Shown here one piece after another: positions 25,309-35,400 of a DNA stretch of 64,000 nt (within the stretch, counting starts at the first letter, position 1; each line of letters begins with the position of its first letter). The translations under genes and the position numbers were made by a program. A model generated the notes under the pieces. The model did no database searches. It saw only the letters and a list, made by a program, of their open reading frames with translations, and was not told the DNA's origin. Source of the stretch: an uncultured Gemmatimonadales bacterium (lineage in GTDB: Bacteria; Gemmatimonadota; Gemmatimonadetes; Longimicrobiales; Gaopeijiaceae). The stretch covers positions 1 to 64,000 of the forward strand of contig CAWGKG010000007.1 in the NCBI GenBank assembly GCA_963823035.1, given 5' to 3'.

Positions 25309-26595
25309 ATGAACCCCGGAAAACAGCGCACCGTCGCCAAGGAAGTCGCCATGGACGGCATCGGCGTGCACTCCGGACGTCCCGCCTCCCTGGTCTTCCA
25401 CCCCGCACCCGTAGGTACCGGCATCCGCTTCCGGCGGGCCGACCTCGAAGGCGCTCCGGAGATCCCGGCCACGCTCGACCACGTCGTGCGCACGGACCTC
25501 GGCACCACGCTCGGATGCGGGAAGACCGAGGTCTTGACGGTCGAGCACGTCATGGCTGCCCTCGCGAGCCTCCCTATCGACAACGTGGTGGTGGAGGTGA
25601 CCGGCCCGGAGGTCCCGATCCGCGACGGGTCGTTCGTCGACTTCGTCGCCGCGCTCGAGGACGCGGGCGTGGAGGAGCAGGGCGCTGACGCGCGTCGCAT
25701 CGAGCTGCACAGCCCGGTGGTCGTGAACGGGACGGACGGGGAGTCCTACGTAGCCGCCCCGGGTGAGGGGCTGCGCATCTCCGGGACCATCGACTTCAAG
25801 CACCCCGCCATCGGGCGGCAGTACGGCTCGTTCCCCGTGTACGACGGCGGCTTCCGACGTGAGCTGGCGCACGCGCGTACGTTCGGGTTCGTGAAGGACT
25901 GGGACGGTCTGCGCGAACGCGGGCTGGCGCTGGGCGCCAATCTCCAGAACACGGTCGTGCTCGAGGATGAGGAAGTACTCAACGAGCGGCTGCGTTGGCC
26001 GGACGAGTTCCTCCGGCACAAGGTAGGCGACATCGTCGGCGACCTCGCGCTCCTGGGGGGACGGGTGGACGCGCACGTCATCGCCGAGCGTCCGAGCCAC
26101 GCAGGCAACGTGGCGCTCGCCCGGGCGTTGGCCGAGCACGCCCGCCGTGCCGGTCGTGGCGCCTACGTGGACGCGGCGAAGATCATGGAGTATCTCCCCC
26201 ACCGCTTCCCCATGCTGCTGGTCGATCGAATCATCGACTTCGAGCCCGGCAAGCGGATCGTCGGGATCAAGAACGTCACGATCAACGAGCCGTTCTTCCA
26301 GGGACACTACCCGGGCCATCCCGTGATGCCGGGCGTCTTGATCATCGAAGCGATGGCGCAGGTGGGCGGCCTGCTCCTGATGGAGGAGGTCGAGAAGCCG
26401 GACGAGAAGGTCGTCTACTTCATGACCATGGACAACGTGAAGTGGAGGCGCCCGGTGACGCCCGGGGATACGCTCGTGTTCGAGCTGGAGATGGTCCAGT
26501 ATCGGCGACACACCTGCAAGATGCGCGGCGAGGGCTTCGTGGATGGGCAGCTCGTCGCCGAGGCCGATTTCATGGCGAGGATCGTGGACAAATGA
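25309..26595 (+). CDS. lpxC: Bifunctional LpxC deacetylase / FabZ dehydratase
   Basis: GIGVHSG, TVEHVMAAL and ARTFGF..HKVGD (LpxC) fused to LPHRFPMLLVDRI..GHYPGHPVMPGVLIIEAMAQ (FabZ). Confidence 0.96.
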   Translation: MNPGKQRTVAKEVAMDGIGVHSGRPASLVFHPAPVGTGIRFRRADLEGAPEIPATLDHVVRTDLGTTLGCGKTEVLTVEHVMAALASLPIDNVVVEVTGPEVPIRDGSFVDFVAALEDAGVEEQGADARRIELHSPVVVNGTDGESYVAAPGEGLRISGTIDFKHPAIGRQYGSFPVYDGGFRRELAHARTFGFVKDWDGLRERGLALGANLQNTVVLEDEEVLNERLRWPDEFLRHKVGDIVGDLALLGGRVDAHVIAERPSHAGNVALARALAEHARRAGRGAYVDAAKIMEYLPHRFPMLLVDRIIDFEPGKRIVGIKNVTINEPFFQGHYPGHPVMPGVLIIEAMAQVGGLLLMEEVEKPDEKVVYFMTMDNVKWRRPVTPGDTLVFELEMVQYRRHTCKMRGEGFVDGQLVAEADFMARIVDK

Positions 26596-27395
26596 GTGAG
26601 ACCACCGTGGGCACCCGCGGCGACACCGTCATCCATCCCACCGCGATGGTGGATTCCGACGCGGAGCTGGGGCAGGGCGTGACGGTGGGGCCCTGGGCCC
26701 TCATCGGCCCGCGCGTCCGCGTCGGGGACGGCACCGAGATCGGCCCCCGTGTGCTCATCGAGCGGGACACGATCGTAGGCGAGGACTGCCGCATCTCGAA
26801 CGGTGCGGTGCTCGGCACGGACCCGCAGGACCTGAAGTTCAAGGGCGAGAACACCATCCTCGAGGTCGGCGACCGGACGATGATCCGCGAGTTCGCCACC
26901 CTGAACCGCGGCACGTCCGCCTCGGGTCGCACCGTCGTGGGCAGCGACTGTCTTCTCATGGCCTACACGCACGTCGCGCACGACTGCGAGCTGGGCAACC
27001 ACGTCATCCTGGCCAACGCCGTCAACATGGCCGGCCACGTGGTGATGGAGGACTGGGTCGCGGTGGGCGGGATGACGCCGATCCACCAGTTCGTGCGTAT
27101 CGGCGCCCATGCCTTCGTGGGCGGCGGGTCGCGCATCCCGCAGGACGTGCCGCCCTACTGCCGCGTGGCCGGGAACCCGCCCGCGCTCTACGGGCTGAAC
27201 TCGATCGGGCTGGAGCGGCGTGGCTTCTCTCCCGAGGTGCGCAAGGCGCTCAAGCAGGCCTATCGCATCCTCTTCCAGTCGAAGCTCAACGTGAGCCAGG
27301 CGGTGACCCGGGCCGAGGCGGAGGTTCCGGCGATCCCCGAGGTACGGCACCTCCTCCAGTTCATCCGAGCCAGCGAACGCGGCATCACGCTCTGA
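26592..27395 (+). CDS. lpxA: UDP-N-acetylglucosamine acyltransferase
   Basis: IHPTAMV, PQDLKF, IREFATLNRGT, HVAHDC and HQFVRIG. Confidence 0.96.
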   Translation: MSETTVGTRGDTVIHPTAMVDSDAELGQGVTVGPWALIGPRVRVGDGTEIGPRVLIERDTIVGEDCRISNGAVLGTDPQDLKFKGENTILEVGDRTMIREFATLNRGTSASGRTVVGSDCLLMAYTHVAHDCELGNHVILANAVNMAGHVVMEDWVAVGGMTPIHQFVRIGAHAFVGGGSRIPQDVPPYCRVAGNPPALYGLNSIGLERRGFSPEVRKALKQAYRILFQSKLNVSQAVTRAEAEVPAIPEVRHLLQFIRASERGITL

Positions 27396-27410
27396 CGAGG
27401 TGGCGGTGAG

Positions 27411-28415
27411 ATGAATCCGATCGACCGTCCCCGCATCGGCGTGGTCGGCGTGGGCGCGCTCGGCTTCCATCACGCCCGCATCCTGGCCGCCCTCGACGGG
27501 GTGGTCATGGTCGGCATCCACGACACCCGTCCGGAACGCGCCGCCGAGGTGTCCACGCAGCTGGGCGTGACCGCGCACGACACGCAGGAGGGCCTCCTGG
27601 AGGCCGCGGACGCCCTGGTGGTGGCCGTGCCCACCTCCGCCCACGAGGCCGTGGCGGTCGCCTCCCTGCGGCTCGGCAAGCCGGTCATGGTGGAGAAGCC
27701 GCTCGCGCCCAGCCTCGAAGCAGCGGACCGGATCCTCGCGGCGGCGGAGACGAGCGGGGCGTTCGTGCAGACCGGCCACGTGGAGCGCTTCAACCAGGCC
27801 ATCCTCGCGGCCGAGCCCTATCTGGACGGGCCCCTCTTCATCGAGTCCCACCGGATGGCGCCTTTCACGCCGCGCAGCACGGACGTGGCGGTGGTGCTCG
27901 ACCTCATGATCCACGACGTCGACCTCGTGATGGCGCTGGTCGGCGCGCCGCTGACCGAGATGGCGGCGTCCGGCGTGTGCGTGCTCACACCCAACGTCGA
28001 CATCGCGAACGCGCGCCTCGGATTCGCCAACGGCGCGGTGGCGAACCTGACGGCCAGCAGGGTCTCGCTGGAGCGGATGCGAAAGCTGCGTTTCTTCCAG
28101 CCCTCGGGATACATCTCCCTGAACCTGGCGGACGGCACCGGCGAGTTCCTCCGGCTGCGCAGGGAGTTGTCCGAGCTGCAGGACGCCGCCCAGTCGGGCA
28201 CGGCCGCGTTGGACCTGAGCGAGATCATCGAGCGTATTCCCTTGAGGGGAGATGGGACCGAGCCGCTGCGCCGCGAGCTCGAATGCTTCCGAGACGCCCT
28301 CCGGGGCGAGCGCACGCCCGCCGTGAGCGGGGCGGACGGTCGCGCCGCGCTGGCCGTCGCCCTCGGCATCCAGACGAGGATAGAGAGCCATGTCGCTGAT
28401 ACGCGCCCGACGTAA
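27411..28415 (+). CDS. Gfo/Idh/MocA oxidoreductase (GnnA-like position)
   Basis: GVGALGFHH, VEKPLA, GHVERFN and DLMIHD. Confidence 0.9.
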   Translation: MNPIDRPRIGVVGVGALGFHHARILAALDGVVMVGIHDTRPERAAEVSTQLGVTAHDTQEGLLEAADALVVAVPTSAHEAVAVASLRLGKPVMVEKPLAPSLEAADRILAAAETSGAFVQTGHVERFNQAILAAEPYLDGPLFIESHRMAPFTPRSTDVAVVLDLMIHDVDLVMALVGAPLTEMAASGVCVLTPNVDIANARLGFANGAVANLTASRVSLERMRKLRFFQPSGYISLNLADGTGEFLRLRRELSELQDAAQSGTAALDLSEIIERIPLRGDGTEPLRRELECFRDALRGERTPAVSGADGRAALAVALGIQTRIESHVADTRPT

Positions 28416-28521
28416 CCGCAAGAAGCACTGGATCGGCCAACGCAAGGGGCTGCCCATGTCGCGCCTCCTGATGTTCCTCGTTCTGGTTGCCCTCGGGATC
28501 TGGTACCTGGGGCGGCTCTGA
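28390..28521 (+). CDS. Small (43 aa) basic single-pass membrane protein
   Basis: [48 protein letters not shown] upstream. Fills the gap between the oxidoreductase and lpxB. Confidence 0.6.
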   Translation: MSLIRARRNRKKHWIGQRKGLPMSRLLMFLVLVALGIWYLGRL

Positions 28522-29679
28522 CGCCCAGGCCGAGGAGACCCTCGGGGTCTCCGACGATCCTCCTCCTCGCGGGCGAGGCGTCGGGGGACCATCACGGCGC
28601 CGGCGTGGCGCGTGCTCTGCGTGCACGCCTTCCGGATACGCGTCTGATCGGCCTGGGCGGGCCGCTCATGCAAGCCGAAGGCGTGGAGGTGCTGGCCGGG
28701 CTGGACCAGCTCGCCGTGATGGGCTTCGTGGAGGTGGTGCGTCACCTCGGCTTCTTCCGACGCCTTCTCGCCGAGGTCACCGGCGCTCCTCGACGCCGGT
28801 GAGGTGGACCTCGTCCTCCCGGTGGACTACCCGGGCTTCAACCTGCGGGCCGCCCGGGCGGCGCACGCCCGCGGCGTTCCGGTGCTGTACTACATCTCGC
28901 CGCAGGTGTGGGCGTGGAAGGCCGGCCGCGCCCGCCGGCTCGCCGAATACGCCGACCACGTGGCGGTCATCCTCCCCTTCGAGGTCGAGGTCCTGGAGGC
29001 GGCCGGGGCGCGCGTCTCCTTCGTGGGTCATCCGCTCCTGGAGCGCGGCGACGACGTCGCGGACCGCCACGCCTTCGCCCGGCGTTGGGGACTCGACCCC
29101 GCACGCAGCTTCCTGGCCGTCCTCCCGGGCTCGCGTCGACAGGAGATCGAGCGCCACCTGGGGGTCTTCGCCGGAGCCGCCGAGGCAGTCCAGCGGGCCC
29201 GCCCGGAGGTCCAGCCGGTCCTGGCCCGGGCCACCTCGGTGCCGGAGTCGTGGCTGGCTGCGGCGGGGCTGCCGATCGTCGAGGATACCCGCGCGCTCCT
29301 GCGCCACGCCCGGGCCGCCCTGGTGAAGTCCGGCACCTCCACACTCGAGACCGCCCTCGAGGGCACGCCGTTCGTCATGGCGTACCGCACGCACCCGCTC
29401 ACCTATCTCCTCGCCCGTCGGCTCGTACGCGTGCCGCACCTCGCGCTGGCGAACCTGGTGGCGGGAGAGCGCGTCGCCCCCGAGATGCTCCAGGGCGAGG
29501 TGACGGTAGAGGGGCTGGCCGAACGGCTCCTTCCTCTCCTCGACGACACGCCCGAGCGGGCGCGCCAGGTGGCCGGGCTCGCGCGCGTCCAGGGAGCGCT
29601 GGGCACCCCCGGTGCCTCCGACCGCGTCGCCGATCTCGCCGTCGAGATCCTGGAGCGCCGCCTGGAACGACGACGATGA
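28518..29679 (+). CDS. lpxB: Lipid-A-disaccharide synthase (frameshift ~28781; start uncertain)
   Basis: AGEASGD and VMGFVEV, then in a shifted frame DYPGFN, SPQVWAW, ILPFE, PGSR and SGTSTLE. Confidence 0.93.
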
Positions 29680-30324
29680 GCGAGCTGAAGTTCGCGGCGG
29701 CAGGGGTGCTGGGGACGGGGCTGGTGGAAGGCCTCCTCACCACGACGCGGGCGACGCGCGGCGGGCAGGAGCACTACCTCCGCTTCCGCCGCGAAGGCGC
29801 GCCCGTGATCTTCGTGCTCTGGCACGGACAGCTGCTCCCGATGGTCCACTTCCACCGGAACGAGGGGGTCGTCGTACTGGTCAGCGAGCACGCCGACGGC
29901 GAGTACATCACGCGGGTGATCCAGCGGCTCGGCTACGGCACCGTGCGCGGATCGAGCACGCGCGGGGGCACGAAGGGGCTGAAAGGCCTCATCCGCGCGG
30001 CCCGCCGAGGGGCGCGACCTCGCGCTCACCCCGGACGGCCCGCGGGGGCCCGCGCACGAGTTCAAGCCCGGCGCGCTCGCGGTCGCCCAGGCGACCGGTC
30101 TCCCCATCATCCCGTTGGCCGTCGCGGCATCGCGTGCGTGGCGGTTCCGGAGCTGGGACGGCTTCCTCGTGCCCCAGCCGCTGGCGCGCATCCGCATCGA
30201 GTACGGTCCTCCTCGCAGGGTCCCACGCGACGCCGACCGAGCGACGCTGGAGGAGATGGCCACCGCGATCGGGGCCGAGATGGACGCGCTCACCGAGGCG
30301 GCTGCGGAGCGCCTGCGGCCGTGA
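29676..30324 (+). CDS. DUF374 lysophospholipid acyltransferase (LpxJ-like; frameshift ~30005)
   Basis: WHGQ, SEHADGE and RGSSTRGG, then TPDGPRGP and SWD..VPQP in a shifted frame. Confidence 0.85.
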
Positions 30325-31334
30325 AGGCGTCGCTCCACGGGTGGGTGCGTCGCTGGTGGGCCGGCGAGGCCGGAGCGGCAGGCAAGGCGCTCTCCTCGCT
30401 GACGGCGCCCGCCGAGTGGCTCTTCCGCCTGGCCGTCACGCGGCGCAATCGCCGCTACGACCGCGGGGGCGCCGAGCGGGTGGAGGGGCTATGGGTCGTG
30501 TCGGTCGGCAACCTGGCCGTGGGCGGCACCGGAAAGACGCCGGTGAGCGCCTGGGTCGCCCGTCTCCTGGTGGACGCGGGTCTGGAGACCGCCCTCGTCG
30601 CGCGAGGCTACGGCGAGGACGAGCTGCTCCTGCATCGGCGCTGGAACCCCGGCGTCTCCGTGGTCGCCGACCCCGATCGGCGGGCGGCGGCGCGCCTCGC
30701 CCGCGACGGCGGGGCGACCGCGGTCGTGCTCGACGACGGCTTCCAGCACCGGGCGCTCGCGCGCGACGTCGACCTGGTGTTGCTGGCCGCCGAGGACGGC
30801 CTGCCACGCCACCTGCTCCCGCGCGGCCCCTTCCGGGAGCCGGCCTCCGCGCTGGCGCGGGCCCACGTGGTCGTGGTCACGCGCCGGACAGCGGGAGCGG
30901 ACGACGCCCGCCGCCTCGCGGAAAGCGTGGCGAAGGCCCACCCCCACCTCGACGTCGCCGTCGCCTCCCTGCTTCCGGGAGGCTGGCGGGAGCTCGGGGG
31001 CGCGCCGGCGTCGGCGCCGGAAGGCCCGACGCTGGCCATGGCCGCCGTCGCCCGCCCGGAGGCGTTCGCCGAGCAGGTGGCGGTCGCCACGCGCGCTCCC
31101 ACGGAGCTCGTGGCCTTTCCGGACCACCATGCGTACTCCGAGGACGACGCCCGGGCGATCCGGGCCCGCGCGGGTGGGCGCACGGTGGTGGTGACCGAGA
31201 AGGACGCCGTGAAGCTGCGAGCCTTCGCGGCACTTCTCGCCCCCGTGCGGGTGATGGTACAGGCGCTCGCGTGGGAAGCGGGCGGAGAGACGCTGTCGGA
31301 GCGCCTGACCTCGGTGACGGCAAGGGAGGTGTAG
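30321..31334 (+). CDS. lpxK: Tetraacyldisaccharide 4'-kinase
   Basis: SVGNLAVGGTGKTP, LDDGFQH, LLPRGPFREP, FPDHH and TEKDAVK. Confidence 0.95.
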   Translation: MKASLHGWVRRWWAGEAGAAGKALSSLTAPAEWLFRLAVTRRNRRYDRGGAERVEGLWVVSVGNLAVGGTGKTPVSAWVARLLVDAGLETALVARGYGEDELLLHRRWNPGVSVVADPDRRAAARLARDGGATAVVLDDGFQHRALARDVDLVLLAAEDGLPRHLLPRGPFREPASALARAHVVVVTRRTAGADDARRLAESVAKAHPHLDVAVASLLPGGWRELGGAPASAPEGPTLAMAAVARPEAFAEQVAVATRAPTELVAFPDHHAYSEDDARAIRARAGGRTVVVTEKDAVKLRAFAALLAPVRVMVQALAWEAGGETLSERLTSVTAREV

Positions 31335-31341
31335 GATCACA

Positions 31342-32946
31342 GTGGAGCGTTCGACGGATGTCCTGGTCATCGGCAGCGGGATCGCTGGACTGACCTTCGC
31401 GTTGAAACTCGCCGCGCGGGCGCGCGTTCTCCTCGTCACCAAGAAGGAGCGAGCCGCCTCTTCCACGAACTACGCCCGTGGCGGCATCGCCTCCGTGCTG
31501 GGCGAGGACGACCGCTTCGAGCTGCATTTGCAGGACACGCTCGTGGCGGGTGCGGGCCTGTGCCATCCGCGCGCCGTCGAAGCTCTGGTGCGCGAGGGTC
31601 CGCAGCGCGTGCGCGAGCTGATGGAGTGGGGAGCCCGCTTCGATCGCGGGGAGGGGCAGCGCCTCTCGCTGGGTCGGGAGGGCGGGCACTCGAGGCGCCG
31701 CATCGCCCGCGCGGGAGACCACACGGGGCGCGAGATCGAGTCGGCCCTCCTCGCCGCCGTGGCCGCGGAGCCGAACATCGAGGTGCTCGAGGACCACCTG
31801 GCCCTCGACCTCCTCGTCACCGCCGACCCCTCGGGGCGCTCCGTCTGTACCGGCGCAATGGTGCTGGAGCACCGCAGCGGATCGGTCGGCGTCGTGCGCT
31901 CGCGCTTCACGATGCTGGCGGCCGGTGGCTGCGGGCAGGTGTACCGGCACACGACCAACCCCGGCATCGCCACGGGCGACGGCATCGCGATGGCGTACCG
32001 GGCCGGGGCGCGCGTCGCGAACATGGAGTTCATCCAGTTCCATCCGACGGCGCTGCACCCCACCGAGGACCCCGCCTTCCTCATCTCCGAGGCGGTGCGC
32101 GGCGAAGGCGCGGTGCTACGCACGCTGGACGGCGAGTCCTTCATGGACCGCTACCATCCGCTGGCCTCCCTGGCGCCGCGGGACATCGTGGCGAGGGCGA
32201 TCGACCGCGAGCTCAAGGAGCACGGGGACACGCACGTCCTCCTCGACGTCTCGGCCATCCCGCAGCGTGAGATGGAGGAGCGTTTCCCGGGCGCCGTCGC
32301 GGGGTGCCATGAGCGCGGCGTCGACCCCGCGGACGGCATCCCCGTGGTCCCTGCGGCCCACTACGTGTGCGGTGGCGTGCTCACCGACAGCATGGGGCAC
32401 ACCAGCGTCGCCGGCCTCTTCGCCACGGGCGAGGTGGCGTGCTCCGGCGTGCACGGGGCGAACCGCCTCGCGTCCAACTCGCTCCTCGAAGCGGTCGTGT
32501 TCGCGGACCGCGCCGCGCGCATGGTGTCGTACCGTCTGGAGACCACGAACGGTCGGCGGCCGAGCTTCCCCCCGGTCCCCACGGACCTGCCGGCGCCCGG
32601 CACGGAGGAGGTCGACGACGACGGGATCGCCTCCCGCCGCAAGGAGCTACGCGACCTGATGTGGGAGCTCGTCGGCATCGTGCGCTCGGACGAACGGCTC
32701 GAGCACGCGGAGGGGGAGATCGCGCGCCTCTCCACGGGCGAGGCCCTGCGCTGGCTGCGCACCCGCTGGACGGCGGACGGCGCGGAGCTGCGCAACCTCC
32801 TGCAGGTGGCGGAGCTCATCGTCCGCTGCGCCCGCCTGCGCCGCGAGAGCCGCGGGCTGCACTACACGCTCGACCATCCATACCGGGACAACGAGCGCTG
32901 CCTGCACGACACCGTGGTGAGCCGGGCCGGCGGGCTTCCCTGGTGA
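31342..32946 (+). CDS. nadB: L-aspartate oxidase
   Basis: GSGIAG, REGGHSRRRI, MEFIQFHPT, HGANRLASNSLLE and ESRGLH. Confidence 0.95.
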   Translation: MERSTDVLVIGSGIAGLTFALKLAARARVLLVTKKERAASSTNYARGGIASVLGEDDRFELHLQDTLVAGAGLCHPRAVEALVREGPQRVRELMEWGARFDRGEGQRLSLGREGGHSRRRIARAGDHTGREIESALLAAVAAEPNIEVLEDHLALDLLVTADPSGRSVCTGAMVLEHRSGSVGVVRSRFTMLAAGGCGQVYRHTTNPGIATGDGIAMAYRAGARVANMEFIQFHPTALHPTEDPAFLISEAVRGEGAVLRTLDGESFMDRYHPLASLAPRDIVARAIDRELKEHGDTHVLLDVSAIPQREMEERFPGAVAGCHERGVDPADGIPVVPAAHYVCGGVLTDSMGHTSVAGLFATGEVACSGVHGANRLASNSLLEAVVFADRAARMVSYRLETTNGRRPSFPPVPTDLPAPGTEEVDDDGIASRRKELRDLMWELVGIVRSDERLEHAEGEIARLSTGEALRWLRTRWTADGAELRNLLQVAELIVRCARLRRESRGLHYTLDHPYRDNERCLHDTVVSRAGGLPW

Positions 32947-33417
32947 AGGTGGTCGTCCTCGCGGTGGGGAAGGTCCGGGGCGCGCTCGCCGATGCCGTCG
33001 AGGAGTACGAAGAGCGCGCCCGCCGGTACTGGAAGCTCGACGTGATCGAGGTGGACGCAGGCGCGCCCGGTCGCGATCCGCGAGCCGGAGCGCGTCATGG
33101 AGGCCGAGGCCGAGCGCATGCTGCCGCGTCTCCCCGTCGGCGCCTCCGTCTTCGCGCTGACGCGGGAGGGGAAGGGGATGGGATCCCGAGCGCTCGCCCG
33201 CGCGTTGGAGGAACAAGCGGTGCGCTCCTCGCCCGGCGTCGCGTTCTTGATCGGCGGGGCGCACGGTCTGTCCCCCTCGGTCCTGTCCCGGGCGGACCGA
33301 AACCTCTCGTTGTCCGACATGACCCTTCCGCACGAGATGGCGCGCCTGGTGCTCGCCGAGCAGCTCTACCGCGCCGGCACGATCCTGCGCGGAGAGCCGT
33401 ACCACAAAGGAGCCTGA
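32943..33417 (+). CDS. rlmH: 23S rRNA pseudouridine-1915 methyltransferase (frameshift ~33080)
   Basis: VLAVGK, FLIGGAHG and LSDMTLPHEMARLVLAEQLYRA..GEPYH. Confidence 0.93.
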
Positions 33418-33418
33418 C

Positions 33419-35027
33419 TTGCCCGACGCGTCGCCCAACCTCGAACTCATCGTCGCCCCCCCTTCCGGTGCCCCCGTGGTACGGGACTACCTCGAGGGCA
33501 GGCCCGAGGCGACGGCCTTCTTCGAGGGGCACTTCACGGACGTGACCGCCTACGAGGCGAAGGCGGCCGAGGTCGACGCGCGCTTCGACCGTGACGCCCG
33601 CGAGCGCGCCGCGGCCGCGATGCACCTCCCCGCGGGAGGCGACCCCACACGGCTCGAACGCTTCGTCGAGGAGGGCGGGTGGGTCGTCACCACCGGCCAG
33701 CAGCCCGCCCTCTTCGGGGGGCCCCTCTACAACGTGTACAAGGCGCTCACCGTCGTCCGGCTGGCCGAGGCCCTGGAGGGACGTCTGGGGCGGACCGTCC
33801 TTCCGCTGTTCTGGGTCGGCTCGGAAGACCATGACTGGGACGAGGCCAACCACACCGGCATCGTGGGCGTGGACAACGAGCTGCACGAGCCCGTGCTCCC
33901 GGCTCCCGATCCGGACGTCCATCCGGCCATCCATCGGATCCCGATGGGGCCCGACGTGGTGGCGCTGCGCGACGCCTTCCTCGACTGCCTGCCCGAGACC
34001 GATTTCAGCGCGCCCTATCGACGACCTCCTGCGCGAGGCCGCGGTGGACCGGGCGACGCTGGCCGACGGCTTCCGCCGCATCATGGAGTCTCTCCTGGGC
34101 CGGTTCGGGCTGCTCTTCACCGACGCGGCGGAACCGGCGCTCAAGGCCGCCTCGGCGCCGGCGCTTCGCAGGGAGCTGGAGCGTTCCGAGGAGATGGAGG
34201 CGGTGCTGGCGGAGACGGACCGCCGCCTGCAGGAGGCCGGCTACGGCCTCCAGGTGTCGCTCATGGAAGGAGGGGTGAACCTCTTCCTCGAGAGCGAGGC
34301 GGGGCGAGAGCGGATCTACCGCGAGGACGGGGGCTACCGCCTGCGCCTGTCCGGCGCCCATCTGTCGGCCGAGGAGATCCTCTCGCGCGCGGCGGCGGAT
34401 CCGGCGGCGCTCAGTCCGAACGTCTTCCTCCGCCCGGTCGTCGAGAGCACCGCGTTCCCCACGCTCGCCTACGTGGCCGGGCCGGGGGAGATCGCGTATT
34501 TCGCCCAGCTGCGCGACTACTTCTCCGCCCACGGCATCCGCATGCCGGTCATCCATCCGCGCTTCGGCGCCACCGTGGTCGAAACGAAGATCCGCAAGGT
34601 GCTCGACAAGTTCGGCCTCGACGTCCCGGCGCTCGACCGCCCGTTCCACGAGATCGCCAGCGACGTGACGCGCGAGGAGGTCCCCGCCGAGGTGCGGCGA
34701 GCGCTCGGCACCCTGCGCGGTGCGTTGGGGAAGGGCGTCGGGGAGCTGGAGGCCGCGGTGAAGGCGGTCGACCCGACCTTGAAGGGCCCCGTCCAGCACA
34801 TGCGCGGCCAGGCCATGGGCGCGCTGGACGAGGTCGAGAAGAAGGTGGTGCATGCGCTGAAGCGCGAGAACGAGATCGCCCTCGCTCAGCTCGAGAAGGC
34901 GCAGCTCCATCTCTTTCCCCGGGGCAAGCCACAGGAGCGCGTCATGAACCCCTTCTACTACCTGACGCGCTACGGTCCGGCCTTCCTGGACGAGGCCCAC
35001 CGACGCTTCGAGGTGAACGTCGGCTGA
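33419..35027 (+). CDS. bshC: Bacillithiol biosynthesis cysteine-adding enzyme (frameshift ~34020)
   Basis: VTTGQQPALFGGPLYNVYKA and FW..SEDHDWDE, then SPNVFLRP, GPGEIAYFAQL and P.G.PQER. Confidence 0.92.
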
Positions 35028-35115
35028 CCCTGGAGCGTAGAGTTGGAGGTAGCAACGCTCCCTCGGCCGGTCCCTCCCGTTGATCTCGACCGGGGCCGCC
35101 GCCTAACTTCGGTCC

Positions 35116-35400
35116 ATGTTCTTGCCTCTGATCCTGGTGCTCGTCGTCCTGATCCCCCTCCTGGCGATCGTTCTCGATTCCCAGCTGGGCCGGGCGCTCG
35201 CGTCCAGGCTCGAGCGCCGCGGCCTCGACGGCCCTCCGGACCTCATGGCCGAACGCATGGCCTTCCTCGAGGGAGAGGTCGAGCGGCTCACGAACGAGAT
35301 CTCCCGCCTCGACGAAGAGAGTCAGTTCCTGCACAAGCTCCTCGAAGAGCGGCATCCGGACGAAGGCGCCGCGCTGCCACCGGGTGAGTCCCAGGACTGA
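35116..35400 (+). CDS. Small membrane-anchored coiled-coil hypothetical protein
   Basis: N-terminal hydrophobic helix, then ERMAFLEGEVERLTNEISRLDEE. Overlaps the murJ start. Confidence 0.7.
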   Translation: MFLPLILVLVVLIPLLAIVLDSQLGRALASRLERRGLDGPPDLMAERMAFLEGEVERLTNEISRLDEESQFLHKLLEERHPDEGAALPPGESQD

